Source of the DNA: Candidatus Anaerobiospirillum pullicola
Lineage (GTDB): Bacteria > Pseudomonadota > Gammaproteobacteria > Enterobacterales > Succinivibrionaceae
Length of the DNA: 64,000 nucleotides
Reading direction: 5' to 3'
Assembly (NCBI GenBank): GCA_018884035.1
Contig: JAHLFE010000017.1
Span: 55-64,054 of the forward strand
This document shows, one piece after another, positions 32,982 to 43,299 of this stretch. The notes beneath the pieces are model-generated. The model saw only the letters and a program-made list of their open reading frames with translations. It did not search any database and was not told the origin of the DNA. Made by a program: the position numbers and the translations under genes. Position 1 is the stretch's first letter. Each line of letters starts with the position of its first letter.

Positions 32982-33100
32982 CAGAGTTTGGTGGATAGAG
33001 CCTCTACACTACTTTTAGGTGGCTAACATTAAGCGCCATCACCACATCTGATGTGCTTGCCTCAAGGTGTGAGGCTACGTTGGGTATCCACCAAACTTTG
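32982..33100. mobile_element. MITE-like family B, copy 1 (~119 bp)
   Basis: CAGAGTTTGGTGGATA...TATCCACCAAACTTTG inverted ends; homolog at 48946-49065. Confidence 0.78.
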
Positions 33101-33126
33101 ACTAAGCTTGCTTACGAGTGATTTCC

Positions 33127-35394
33127 CTACGCCTGCAAGGAACGCAGCGTTACCGTTGCCACTAAGCCATGTGGCTGAGCATTCTTAAAGTCCAGATCCG
33201 CCTTAATGCTATCGCAGCTAGCCTTAACGATCGCTAAGCCTAAGCCTGTGCCTTGCACCGCCGAGCGGTCGCCATGCACGCGATAGAACGGCTCGAGGAT
33301 GTGTTGCAGGTTCTCCTCAGGAATGCCTGGGCCATTGTCTTGGACAATGAGCTGTAAGCGCCCGTCATCCAGCGGCGTGGCCATTAAATCAATCCGGCCC
33401 CCCTCGTCCGTGTACTTAATAGCATTGGATACGAGGTTGCTCATCACCCGCATCAGACGCATGCGATCGGTTACCACGCTGTAATGCGCCTCACCCTCGA
33501 CGCCTAAGTCGATGTCCTTCCGCTCAGCGAGCAAGCCTTGCTCATCGATCAGCTTCGTAAAGACCTCCAGAATATCAATGGTCTCTAAGTGCAGATCGAT
33601 GCGATTTTGCTCACGTGCCAGCGTCAGCAGGGCCGTCATCAATTCCCGCTCACGGGAGATTCCCTCTTTTAAGCGTTGCACCTTAGCTCGTGCCTTAGGC
33701 GAGAGCTCCTCTTGCTCTAGGGATTCCGCCTGCAGCGACAACGCGGTCAGAGGCGTGCGCATCTCATGGGCAGCATCAGCGATAAAACGGCGCTTTGATT
33801 GGATACCGTCATTGACCTTACTAAAAAGGCGGTTTAAGGAGCTGATAAAGCCATCTAACTCCGAGGGCACAAAGCCCTTGTGGTGATCAGAGATTACGGG
33901 GCTTAAGTCGTCTTCATTACGCTTGTAGAGCGAGCGGGCAATCTTGTTTAGGGTCGTAAACATCAGCCGCACGGAGATCATCAAAAGCGGAATAAAGAGC
34001 AGGTTAATGCCGATAAACTGCCAAATGGAGCTGATCAGGGCTTGGCGATTAATGTTCTCCATCGAGGCTAAGGGACGGGCCACCACAAAGCGCTGCCCGC
34101 TCATGTTGGTAGAGACAAAGGCGCGCACGCGCTGATCGGCAACCAGCACTGTATAAAAGCCATCAGCCACGCCTGGCGGAATATAGAGTGGATCGCCAGG
34201 ACGACCAAAGAGCGGGGCAATAATGATGTCGTAGTTAAACTTGTGTAGGTCGACAATAGACGGCACTAAGTCCTCAGGGCGATTGCCATTAGAGCCTGCT
34301 GCGTTTTGCCCATGGCCCATGCCACGCCCCATACCGCGTCCCATGCCCTGTCCCTGTCCCATACCACGACCACGGCCTGGGCCCATCCCCATTGCTGAAT
34401 CTGGAGTTTGCCCCGCAGCATTAGTCTCGCTTTGGGGATTCATCGCTCCATATTCGACGATGATGCGGCCGTTTTCTTGGCGTAAGCGCAGAATACGCTC
34501 ATGATTGTGGCGTGGTGGCTCCCAGCGCCGTGGCAGCGCCATTTGGTAGTTAATGGCCACCAGAGAGATCTGCGATAGTTCTTCGTCAATAAATTCTTGG
34601 GTGCTCTTGTAGCTTTTGAGATAGGACATAACACCCATGGTGGCGGTGGTGATGAGGCTAGCAAAGGTAAAGACCATCATCACGCGAAATTGCAGCGAGC
34701 GCCAAAATTCGTGTTTACGGCGTCGAGGCGGTAACTCCGCTTCGACATGTAAGCCACCGCTAGCGGACGCAGCTGAGGCACTGTTAGCACCAGAGGTAGA
34801 GCTGCTCTTTGGGGTTGCTGTTGCGTCTTGAGGCGCGTCATTTTGGGCAGTAGCAGTCGCAGCAGCCGTTGTTGCAGTAGCAGTTGCAGTAGATGCAGCA
34901 GTCGCATCAGCCTTGCTGGCAGTAGCGGCAGCGGCAGCGGCAGCTTGCCGTTGTTCCGCAATAAAGGCAGCAGCTGCGGCCTTGAGGTTAGCGCCGTGGA
35001 AGCTGTTGTGCGCAGGCTGCTCTTTACTATCAGAGGTTGCGCCAGCGCCATCGTGCGGCTGCGGGCCATTCTCAGTCGCAGTAGATGACTGCTCTCTCTC
35101 AATATCGCTCTCGCTGTGAGCGGCGCTATTACGCTCGCGTTTTCCTGACTGTGGAGCAGTGCCACATTCCGCAAGAAAAGCTTGAAAGTCAGCCCACTCC
35201 TCAGGATCGTTGGGATCAGGGCCCAAGCGCTCCGCCGGAGCTGCTTTTGCGGTGAGGTGAGTTTTCTTTGCAGCGCTAGGGTGAGCAGGAGCAGTGGCGT
35301 CTGCTGCAGCGTCAGCAGCAGGCATGAGGGGGCTCTGAGTGCGCGTTGATTGCGCCTCAGTATCCTCATGCTCAGCAGCAGGCTTTGACCACAT
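33127..35394 (-). CDS. QseC-like sensor histidine kinase with a long low-complexity N-terminal extension
   Basis: FIADAAHEMRTPL H-box, NLVSNAIKY, DNGPGI, FYR, GTGLGLAI; two TM helices. The true start is uncertain. Confidence 0.85.
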   Translation of the reverse strand: MWSKPAAEHEDTEAQSTRTQSPLMPAADAAADATAPAHPSAAKKTHLTAKAAPAERLGPDPNDPEEWADFQAFLAECGTAPQSGKRERNSAAHSESDIEREQSSTATENGPQPHDGAGATSDSKEQPAHNSFHGANLKAAAAAFIAEQRQAAAAAAATASKADATAASTATATATTAAATATAQNDAPQDATATPKSSSTSGANSASAASASGGLHVEAELPPRRRKHEFWRSLQFRVMMVFTFASLITTATMGVMSYLKSYKSTQEFIDEELSQISLVAINYQMALPRRWEPPRHNHERILRLRQENGRIIVEYGAMNPQSETNAAGQTPDSAMGMGPGRGRGMGQGQGMGRGMGRGMGHGQNAAGSNGNRPEDLVPSIVDLHKFNYDIIIAPLFGRPGDPLYIPPGVADGFYTVLVADQRVRAFVSTNMSGQRFVVARPLASMENINRQALISSIWQFIGINLLFIPLLMISVRLMFTTLNKIARSLYKRNEDDLSPVISDHHKGFVPSELDGFISSLNRLFSKVNDGIQSKRRFIADAAHEMRTPLTALSLQAESLEQEELSPKARAKVQRLKEGISRERELMTALLTLAREQNRIDLHLETIDILEVFTKLIDEQGLLAERKDIDLGVEGEAHYSVVTDRMRLMRVMSNLVSNAIKYTDEGGRIDLMATPLDDGRLQLIVQDNGPGIPEENLQHILEPFYRVHGDRSAVQGTGLGLAIVKASCDSIKADLDFKNAQPHGLVATVTLRSLQA

Positions 35395-35517
35395 CGCTTA
35401 TCTTCCGTTAGCGCGTAACGCTGAGCTTTCTTGCACCGGTTGGCGGGAATGACAGCAAGACAGCACCGTTACTCTTTATCTGGCAGGGGGCTGCGTCCAG
35501 AGTTGATGACACACACT

Positions 35518-35686
35518 TAACACTTAGGAATGAGTGATCGCATAAATGACGGATAAAGGGATGAGTGAGGGCAACTCCCCCCACCTAGAGATGAATGGTG
35601 CAGGTGAGTCTAATCCTATCTTAAGACAGAGCACCATGATTACCCTAAAGTCCGTCATCTGTTAATTCAGTCAGTCATTCTTTACC
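35518..35686 (-). repeat. family A element, copy 2
   Basis: Reverse complement of 43300-43463; inverted ends GGAATGAGTGA / TCAGTCATTC. Confidence 0.85.
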
Positions 35687-35973
35687 GCTGTTCTCATCTG
35701 TAAGAAGGCAGGCTTTTATCGCTAGCGCTATCTCGGCCTTGCACGATGAGGGGGACGCCTCTTAATTTAGGCTTGATCCGCGTGTCTCACCAAGGTACAG
35801 AAGAGGACGCCCTTTACCTTTATGCAAGAGTAGCTACTTTTAGTTTTCAGTAGCGCGAGAACCAAAGCAAAGACTTACAGGGGAGTGGTGGCTTTAGCAA
35901 GGAGGCGAGCACTACACGCCAAAGCGTGCATTACGCGCCTGAGCGTGCTTACGCGCCGGAGCGTGCATTAAGC

Positions 35974-36699
35974 TCAGGAGCGCGCCCGACGCTTGTCCTT
36001 ATCGTCTTGCAGCTGGCTTGGATCTTCGATTTTCTCAAGTTTCCAGCCCACACCACGCACGTTTTTGATGAGGTTTTGGCCAATCTTGCGGCGCAGGGTG
36101 TAGATGATGTACTCCACCGCATTGGAGTCGATCTCATCATCCCAGCTGTAGATACGCTGCTCTAAAGCGTCACGGGAAAGCACCGCGCCTGGTCTACTCA
36201 TTAAGGCCTCTAAGAGAGCAAACTCACGGGCGGTGAGGGAGATGTTTTTGCTCTCCTCAGGGGAGTTGATGCGTACCTCGTGGTTGACTGGGTCAAGTCC
36301 TAAGCAACCGTAGGTTTGCATGCTTTCGACGTTACCAGAGTTACGACGTCTGGTGACGGCACGAATGCGCGCTAAGAGCTCCTGCATCTCAAAAGGCTTG
36401 ACGATGTAGTCATCAGCACCCTTGTCAAGACCGGTGATCTTATCTGGCAACTCATCACGGGCGGTGAGGATGATCACGGAGGTCTTTATTTTGTTGGCAC
36501 GCATGATCTCTAAGACCTTGATGCCATCGATTTTTGGCAAGCCCAGATCTAAAAGGATGCACTCGTACTGCACATCATTGATGGCTTCTAAGGCACTTTG
36601 GCCGTCGGTAACCCAATCTACGGCATAAGCGTTATCACTTAAGACATCGCTTACCGCCTGACCGATCATGTGATCGTCTTCTACCAATAAAATGCGCAT
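35974..36699 (-). CDS. OmpR-family response regulator (QseB/PmrA-like)
   Basis: MRILLVEDD, LLDLGLP, GADDYIVKPF, SNAVEY..Y.LRRK, NVRGVG. Confidence 0.92.
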   Translation of the reverse strand: MRILLVEDDHMIGQAVSDVLSDNAYAVDWVTDGQSALEAINDVQYECILLDLGLPKIDGIKVLEIMRANKIKTSVIILTARDELPDKITGLDKGADDYIVKPFEMQELLARIRAVTRRRNSGNVESMQTYGCLGLDPVNHEVRINSPEESKNISLTAREFALLEALMSRPGAVLSRDALEQRIYSWDDEIDSNAVEYIIYTLRRKIGQNLIKNVRGVGWKLEKIEDPSQLQDDKDKRRARS

Positions 36700-37079
36700 A
36701 CGGGTCTCCTCTGAGAGTAAACCTCAAAGAGTCGGGAAAAAACAGAGCAAATCCTGCTGGGAGTTGCGGGGGATTATGCTGAGCTTTGCTAAAGCAAGGC
36801 GTCTTCATTGTAAGGAGCAAAGCTTAGCATTTGATTAGGACGAGAGCGCTCATACCAGTGAACCTAAGGTGCATAGCGTCCTGCCAAGCGTCATCAAGAC
36901 ATGGCAGGCCTTGTTCGCGTGTATGAGGGTAGGGGGAAGTGGCTGTGGTGCAGCCAGTGCTCTTGCTGGTGGCTTAGCGTTGGTAAGAGGAAGTGTTGTG
37001 CGCCACCAAATTGAGATGGATTCGGCCTTGTAGCCTTAGGGCCTTAGGGCGCAGGGCCCCCCTAAGGCACAAGTGAGCT

Positions 37080-37421
37080 CATAAGTGACGGATGCTAGAA
37101 GAGGAGTGTGGGGATAGGGGATGGGAGTTAGGGCAAGGTTACACTTCTTGAGATGACTGGTACAGGTGAGTATGAGCTTCTCTTAAGTCTTATCTTGAAT
37201 CTCAGCACAGGTCATGCGCTCAGTGCTGCTCACTGCAGCCGCAAAAACCTGATGTTTATCGGCGTTATCAATAAGAGGAAGCTGTTGCTGTCCAGCGATT
37301 CATTACTAATTCGGTGTGCTTGCGTGCTGATTGGGGATGCCAACGTGCAAGCTCATCGCCCCTAAGATGGTGCACACATGCTTACCATAAAGCCGTTATC
37401 TCTGAAGTTCGTTGCTCCTTA
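37080..37421 (-). repeat. family A element, copy 4 (diverged), split by a family D insertion
   Basis: GAGATGACTGGTACAGGTGAGT...CTTAAG on the left of the insert and GGTGCACACATGCTTACCATAAAGCCGTTATCTC on the right match the two halves of family A. Confidence 0.65.
37188..37368 (+). repeat. dispersed ~180-bp element, family D, copy 1
   Basis: Reverse complement of 56751-56934, including an identical core GCAAAAACCTGATGTTTATCGGCGTTATCAATAAGAGG. Confidence 0.85.
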
Positions 37422-38006
37422 TTGCGCATGGGCAAAGCGCATGATCTCTGGAATCAGGGCCGCAAAGTTGTGGGTAAAGGCGTGATCCTCATCCGGCACA
37501 AAGCGGATATCGCAGTTGTTGTAGCGCAGCAGGCTTAAGCGATAGTCAAGCACTTCGTCTTGACCGCCCAAATACACCTGCGTCAGCTCAGGACGAATGA
37601 CCGTGTCCTTATCCAATTGCTGCAAATAAGGCAGCATGTCAGCAGTCAACTCAAAGTGCCGATCGGTAAGCTGATTGTGCTGCGGCCCAATGAGATAGCG
37701 GAAGTATTTTTGCGGGTGGGTGCAAGGATTGAGCAGCACCATTTTGCAGGCCAACTGCGCTCCTAACAGCGTCGAGAAGAACCCCCCCATAGAGCTGCCC
37801 ACTAAGACCATGCTCTCCTGTGGGTGCTCTTGCCGCCACGTACTAAGCTGTGACTGTAAGCTGGCAAAAGCCTCACGCGGGGTATCAGGAAAGTCCAAAG
37901 CCCAAAATTGCACTGTAGGCTCATGCTCTTGCAAGTAAGCTTGTAAGGCTTTGGCTTTGGCCGCTGTCGGCCCCGATAAGAAGCCGTGCACATAGCAAAG
38001 TAACAT
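37419..38006 (-). CDS. yqiA: YqiA-family esterase
   Basis: YVHGFLS, GSSMGG, LLNP, DEVLDY, DHAF; follows cpdA. Confidence 0.88.
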   Translation of the reverse strand: MLLCYVHGFLSGPTAAKAKALQAYLQEHEPTVQFWALDFPDTPREAFASLQSQLSTWRQEHPQESMVLVGSSMGGFFSTLLGAQLACKMVLLNPCTHPQKYFRYLIGPQHNQLTDRHFELTADMLPYLQQLDKDTVIRPELTQVYLGGQDEVLDYRLSLLRYNNCDIRFVPDEDHAFTHNFAALIPEIMRFAHAQ

Positions 38007-38293
38007 CCAATCCTCCTATGAGTGCGTCGCGTGAAATCATGGGCTTTGCTGAAGAGCAAGCTCAGGGGGAAGCCTCAGTCTTGTCTGGGGATAAATGCGC
38101 ACTAACCACGGTTGTACACGTGCACGCGCTATATATATATATATAGGGAGGTAGCAGGCGTGAGCGCTAGGGCATGCACCTACCAGAGCACAGTGAAGAG
38201 AGGCAAGAGAAATGGCGGGCGCAGCTGGCGACGCTTCTAAGCTGCAACCCGTGCGCAGAGATTTGGCCTCAGGCCAAAGGGAAGATGGTGGCG

Positions 38294-39130
38294 TTAGTAG
38301 CCAGAGACGCCCATGTCAGGGACAAAGCGCCCCGCAGGTAAGCGATAAACCTGCGTGGTGATTTGCCCCGTAGGAGAGAATTGCAAATAGCGCCAGCCAG
38401 GCCCTTGGGAGTCAAGGGCAAAGTCGTGGGAATACGGCTCAAACTGAATCGAGGTCGAGGGGGTGGCAATGTAGCGCACATTGTTAAACATCTGATCGTA
38501 TTCCTGATGCACATGTCCGCACAGCACTAAGCGCACATTGTTTAAGGATGCGATGCAGTTGTTAAACTCATCTTGGTTGTGCATCGTCTGCGTATCGAGC
38601 CAGCGGCTGTTTACAAGACGTGGCAGATGGTGCACCAGCACCACGGTGTTGAGATCAGGAAAAGCCTCATACTTACGGCGCAGGTAGTTGAGCTCGCTCT
38701 TTTCGATCCAGCCGTGAGGTACGGAGTACACCTCAGAGTTTAGGAAGATAAAGTGCCAATTGCCACAGACTAAAGAGCGCTCTGTATGGACGCCATAATC
38801 GCCAAAGATGCGATACATGAGCGGGCCATCGTCATGATTGCCGGGCACAAAGAACACGGGCGCATTGAGCACCGAGACCATGTGGGCAAAACGCTGGTAC
38901 GAGCCAATGGAGTAGTCCTGACTGATATCACCAGTCATGACGACAAAGTCGAAGGAGATGTCTTGATTTAAGATCGACGACAGCACCGCCTTAAAAGAGC
39001 TGGCAGTACGCACTCCCAAGAGACTCGTCGACTCTTCGGCAAACAGATGGGAGTCGGTAAGCTGCAACACACTGATGGTGCCAGATTCATTGCTTACCGG
39101 TAAATTGAAAGTTGGCATCTTCCCACTCAA
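38294..39130 (-). CDS. cpdA: 3',5'-cAMP phosphodiesterase
   Basis: LQLTDSHLFA, TGDISQD, PGNHD, HH, CGHVHQ, TPSTSIQF. Confidence 0.93.
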   Translation of the reverse strand: MSGKMPTFNLPVSNESGTISVLQLTDSHLFAEESTSLLGVRTASSFKAVLSSILNQDISFDFVVMTGDISQDYSIGSYQRFAHMVSVLNAPVFFVPGNHDDGPLMYRIFGDYGVHTERSLVCGNWHFIFLNSEVYSVPHGWIEKSELNYLRRKYEAFPDLNTVVLVHHLPRLVNSRWLDTQTMHNQDEFNNCIASLNNVRLVLCGHVHQEYDQMFNNVRYIATPSTSIQFEPYSHDFALDSQGPGWRYLQFSPTGQITTQVYRLPAGRFVPDMGVSGY

Positions 39131-40032
39131 ACAGCATCAGCTTGATTATGAATACACCCGCCCTAATAAGGCACTCCTTACCAGTCGTTTTCTTTAGTGA
39201 CCACAGTGCACTGTTGGCTGCAATGTAGGCACGTAAAGGTTAGAGATGGCATTCCCTAGCGTCAGCAGCACCGGAAGCTTCAGTGAGTGATCCGCTGTTG
39301 TTCACACCACGGGCTAGCAGGGATTGTAGCGAAAAAGTGATGCATAAAAAGTTAGAGCGGTAACACAATTACCAAGAAAGTAGAGATCAGCTTGGTTTTT
39401 GTTAAGAATTTAGGGCTAAGTCACAGAAACATCGCGGATAGTATGCGGGTGTAATACTTACATACTAGTATACATCCTACACCAGGAAGCGAATCTTAAG
39501 CCATTGTTGGGCTTGATTATGGTGCAGGACTGAGGAGAGGTGAGAGCAGGAGCGGCAGGAGAGGAAAGGGGGAATGGGTAAATAGAGAGGATAAGAGTGA
39601 GGCTCAAGAGCAGAGAGGCGGTACAGAGGAAGTGGAAATTGATCGAGGGGGAGGTAAGGAGCGCAGGCCATACCTCCGAATCTAACCTAACTTAACCTAA
39701 TGGGCAAAACTCAGAGCGCAAGGAGCTTCTTAAGATACGGCATATGACTCCCTGAGAGGACTCCCTTACTTGTAATGAGAGCCACAGCAGCCCCTATCTG
39801 GGTAAAAGAAGTCCGTTGGGGCGTGGTTGCAGGGTAATAACATCAAGGCGTAGGCTGATGACTCCTTGAGTAGCAGTAGCTCTTAGGGTGGGGGTACACC
39901 TTAGAGCTAAGGTTATGAGCACAGACAGGCACAGACAGGTAGTGAGCGGTAGGCTTTGCTTTTTAAGCAGGGGCATACCCCTGCTTAATACTGCCTTGGG
40001 AGGTCACGAGTTGTGAGGTTCGTTGCTGCTTT

Positions 40033-40692
40033 TTAGACCTCAGATGCTTGTCCTAAAAAGAGCTGCCGCACCTTGTCGTAGTTGATCTCCAAGTACTGTA
40101 GCGCAATCAAGGCTGCCGCATTGTTGATACGTCCCGTCTTGCAGAACTCAAAGGCCTTTTTTGCAGGCACCTTAAAGATGCGAATATCCTCACTCTCTTC
40201 TTCGACACCACCGTGCGAGAGCAGGTGCGAGGCGGTGATCTTACCGACATATAAGGTCACCTTTTCCGAGCAGCCACCTGGGCTTGGGTAGACAGCATTG
40301 ATGTAATGCAGGTCTTGCTCCGTGACCGCCAGACCAGATTCCTCTTGCAGCTCACGCACTGCCGCTTGCAGCTCAGTTTCGCCCTGATCGATCATGCCAG
40401 CAACGATCTCGATGAGCCATGGCGAGACCTTATCTTTTAAGGCACCTGGACGGAATTGCTCGATGAGCACGACCTCTTCACTGACGGGATCAAAAGGCAA
40501 GATAGCCACGGCATCGGCATCACGCTCAAAGATCTCGCGATCTAAGATGCGGGTGGTACCACCGTTAAACTTCTTGTAAGAGACGCGGTAGAGGTCGACC
40601 GCAAAGTGCTTTTGGAAGACACGCTTTTTTTCGTGAATGACCACATCGTTAATGTTAAAACGAGGGGCCGCAAGCTCATCAAAACGATCCAT
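40033..40692 (-). CDS. nudF: ADP-ribose pyrophosphatase (Nudix)
   Basis: REIFER, IEQFRPG, Nudix box AGMIDQGETELQAAVRELQEESG, SPGGCSE, EDI. Confidence 0.92.
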   Translation of the reverse strand: MDRFDELAAPRFNINDVVIHEKKRVFQKHFAVDLYRVSYKKFNGGTTRILDREIFERDADAVAILPFDPVSEEVVLIEQFRPGALKDKVSPWLIEIVAGMIDQGETELQAAVRELQEESGLAVTEQDLHYINAVYPSPGGCSEKVTLYVGKITASHLLSHGGVEEESEDIRIFKVPAKKAFEFCKTGRINNAAALIALQYLEINYDKVRQLFLGQASEV

Positions 40693-41474
40693 AGAAACAA
40701 GTAGCAGAAAAGAAGCAACACGTGCGGCAGAAGTAAGCTGTGTCAGCAAAAGGCCGCATTGACAAGTCAAGAACGCCTTGTCAGGAGTATCTTGGCTATT
40801 GTACGCCCTGCTTAGGCGCCAGAGCGTGCACAGCTCGCAAAAGCGTATTTTTCTCTTCACGAGAGGAGTGGGGAAGCTGAGGGGGCGATGAGGGCTAGGG
40901 CATACCCGCGAACCTAAGAGCGGACAGCGCAACTTAGAGCTGCAACAACGCATTCCTCAGGGTAATTAAGATGCGCCAAACCAGCTTGTAAGTGCTATAG
41001 CTGCCACGCGCAGCACTAATTCTCAAAGGGCTGGGACGCACACCAAGAGCAACAGCAAGCCATGGTGGTAAGTGCGTGGAAATGGGGCTATGGGGGAGTC
41101 TTGTCAAGGTCTCTCTTAAGAGGTGCTTGGGGGATGCCACTCAAAGGTGGTTGTTTGCTTCCAGCAGAAGCTGTGCAGAATCTGTGCGGCAGCGCAGCAG
41201 CTCGGGGGTACGACTCTAATTCTTGAGTCCTTGAGATCAGCGCCAGTAGGTGTTCTGGGGCCTTTCGCTACTTTTTCTCCAATCTGTCAGTGCTTTGCCC
41301 GCATCCCTTTTGGCTAAACGTGCTAAGCTGACCACAGCTGGTAAGCAGCATTTTGTGCCAGCGGGGCAAATTGCCTACGGGGCAAATAGCTGTGTCGCTT
41401 TGTCGTTACTTGGCTTTAGCAGGGACTGTTGGCCTCTACCCATCTTTGAGTTTGAGCCCTGCAAAGGAGTATGC

Positions 41475-42845
41475 ATGCCACCAATCGTCTTAAAAAACGC
41501 CACCATGATGACGTCCTCTGGCTTTAGACGCGCCGAAATGCTCATTGATGGGCCTTATATCGCCAAGATCGATACCTATGTAAGTGCCGCCGGTGCCCAC
41601 GAAATTGACTGTAAGGGCAATCTGGTGCTGCCAGGCCTTATCGATGCCCACGTGCACTTTAGACAGCCTGGCATGGAGCAAAAGGCTACTATCTACAGCG
41701 AGTCCCGCGCTGCTGCCTTAGGTGGTGTGACCTCCTATATGGAGATGCCTAACACCAACCCTCCTACCACCACCGCTGAGGCCTTACAGCAGAAAAAGGA
41801 CATTGCTCAGCGCGATAGCCTCGTCAACTACGGCTTTTACTTAGGTGCTAGTGAAAACAATCTCGAGGAGATCAAAAAGATCGATCCGCACGCGATTGCG
41901 GGTATCAAGATCTACATGGGATCGACCACAGGTAACCTGCTTTTAGATGACGACCATGAGCTGATGCAGGTCTTTAAAGCGGCCCCAACCATTGTGGCTG
42001 TGCACTGTGAGGACAATGGCATCGTCAACGCCAATATGCGTCGTGCCCGTGAGCAGTATGGTGAGCATATTCCTTTTGATATGCACCCGATCATTCGCTC
42101 ACGTGATTGCTGTGTGAAGTCATCGCAGCTGGCGATTGCCGTAGCGCAGGCGACTAACGCCCGTCTGCATATCATGCACTTGAGCACCAAAGAAGAAGTG
42201 GCACTGGTGGCACAGTTTGCCCCAAAGAATGCGGCTAACACCACCTTAGAGGAAATTCATCAGCGCCAGATTTCTGCTGAGGTTTGCATCCCACATCTGT
42301 ACTTTAACGACAGCAACTATGCTCAGCTCAAGGGGTACTTAAAGTGCAATCCAGCGGTGAAGTACGAGTTTGATCGCTTAGCCTTAGTGCAGGGCTTACG
42401 CAAGGGTGTGATCACCACTATCGGTACCGACCATGCGCCGCATGAAAAGGCCTTAAAGGTGCTTACTGACTACGTTAAGGTGCCTTCGGGCTTACCATCA
42501 GTGCAATTTAGCTTGCCTGCGATTTTTGAGCTCTTTAAGCGTGGTGAGTTCTCTTTGGAGGAGGGCATCAAAGCCGCAACTTGCAATGTGGCCGCGCGCT
42601 TTGGTGTTGATAAGCGTGGCAGCTTACAAGAGGGCTACTTTGCTGATGTGATTGTGGTCGATCCGCGTGATCGTCATACGGTGCACGATGATGACATCGT
42701 GTCGCTGTGCAAGTGGTCACCTTTTGTCGGTGAGAGCTTCCGCTGCCGGATTACGCACAGCATTGTCTCGGGCAATCTGGTAGTAAGTGACGGTGCTATC
42801 TGCGCTGAGGGAGGCCACGGTAAGGCGCTGTACTTTAATCCTTAA
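41475..42845 (+). CDS. pyrC: dihydroorotase, long amidohydrolase-type form
   Basis: PGLIDAHVHFRQPG, EMPNT.P, KIYMGSTTG, KCNP, TDHAPH, CKWSPF. ATG 41475 follows AAGGAG. Confidence 0.88.
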   Translation: MPPIVLKNATMMTSSGFRRAEMLIDGPYIAKIDTYVSAAGAHEIDCKGNLVLPGLIDAHVHFRQPGMEQKATIYSESRAAALGGVTSYMEMPNTNPPTTTAEALQQKKDIAQRDSLVNYGFYLGASENNLEEIKKIDPHAIAGIKIYMGSTTGNLLLDDDHELMQVFKAAPTIVAVHCEDNGIVNANMRRAREQYGEHIPFDMHPIIRSRDCCVKSSQLAIAVAQATNARLHIMHLSTKEEVALVAQFAPKNAANTTLEEIHQRQISAEVCIPHLYFNDSNYAQLKGYLKCNPAVKYEFDRLALVQGLRKGVITTIGTDHAPHEKALKVLTDYVKVPSGLPSVQFSLPAIFELFKRGEFSLEEGIKAATCNVAARFGVDKRGSLQEGYFADVIVVDPRDRHTVHDDDIVSLCKWSPFVGESFRCRITHSIVSGNLVVSDGAICAEGGHGKALYFNP

Positions 42846-42983
42846 GCCCTCAGAAGCAAGGTGTAAGGTGTAAGGCTGTTACCGCCAGAACATAGACTGC
42901 CAGCAAAGAGGCTATAGGCCCGCAAGATAAATACGGCCGCTTGTGCGCGGCCGTATGTCCCCAAAGAGAGCAGGGGAAGCAAC

Positions 42984-43175
42984 GAGGGCGTTTTCCCCCA
43001 TGTGTGTGCAAAGCTAATTGCCATTAATCTACCTTAGAGATAAGTCGCGGTAGCGACGCTTGATGATCTCTATTAGGTTTCTGCATCAAGGGTGCTTAAA
43101 CCCACCTCAAAGGACGATTCTAAGCCAATACATAGGGGGAAAATGCTCTGCAGGAGCAAGGGGGAAAACGCTCTC
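42984..43175. mobile_element. MITE family C, copy 1 (192 bp, 8-bp target duplication GAAGCAAC)
   Basis: GAAGCAAC|GAGGGCGTTTTCCCCC...GGGGGAAAACGCTCTC|GAAGCAAC. Confidence 0.9.
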
Positions 43176-43299
43176 GAAGCAACAGCTTGCTCCCACCACC
43201 TAAGTCGAGGTTGCTTGAGCCCGCGCTGTTGTGCTTGTGTTTGGGCTTGTGCTGTAGCAGCACCCAAACGCAGTGGTGGTGGTGGTGATGGGGCGTTGT

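Noticed and set aside
34680..35369. 229-aa alternative-frame ORF overlapping the kinase N-terminus
   Set aside because: A Leu/Arg-rich shadow of GC-rich low-complexity sequence with no motif.
36822..36840. QseB/PmrA-type box (CCTAAT-N5-GCTAAG on the minus strand) upstream of the regulator
   Set aside because: Several mismatches, and CTAAG/CTTAG words are very common in this DNA; too weak to call.
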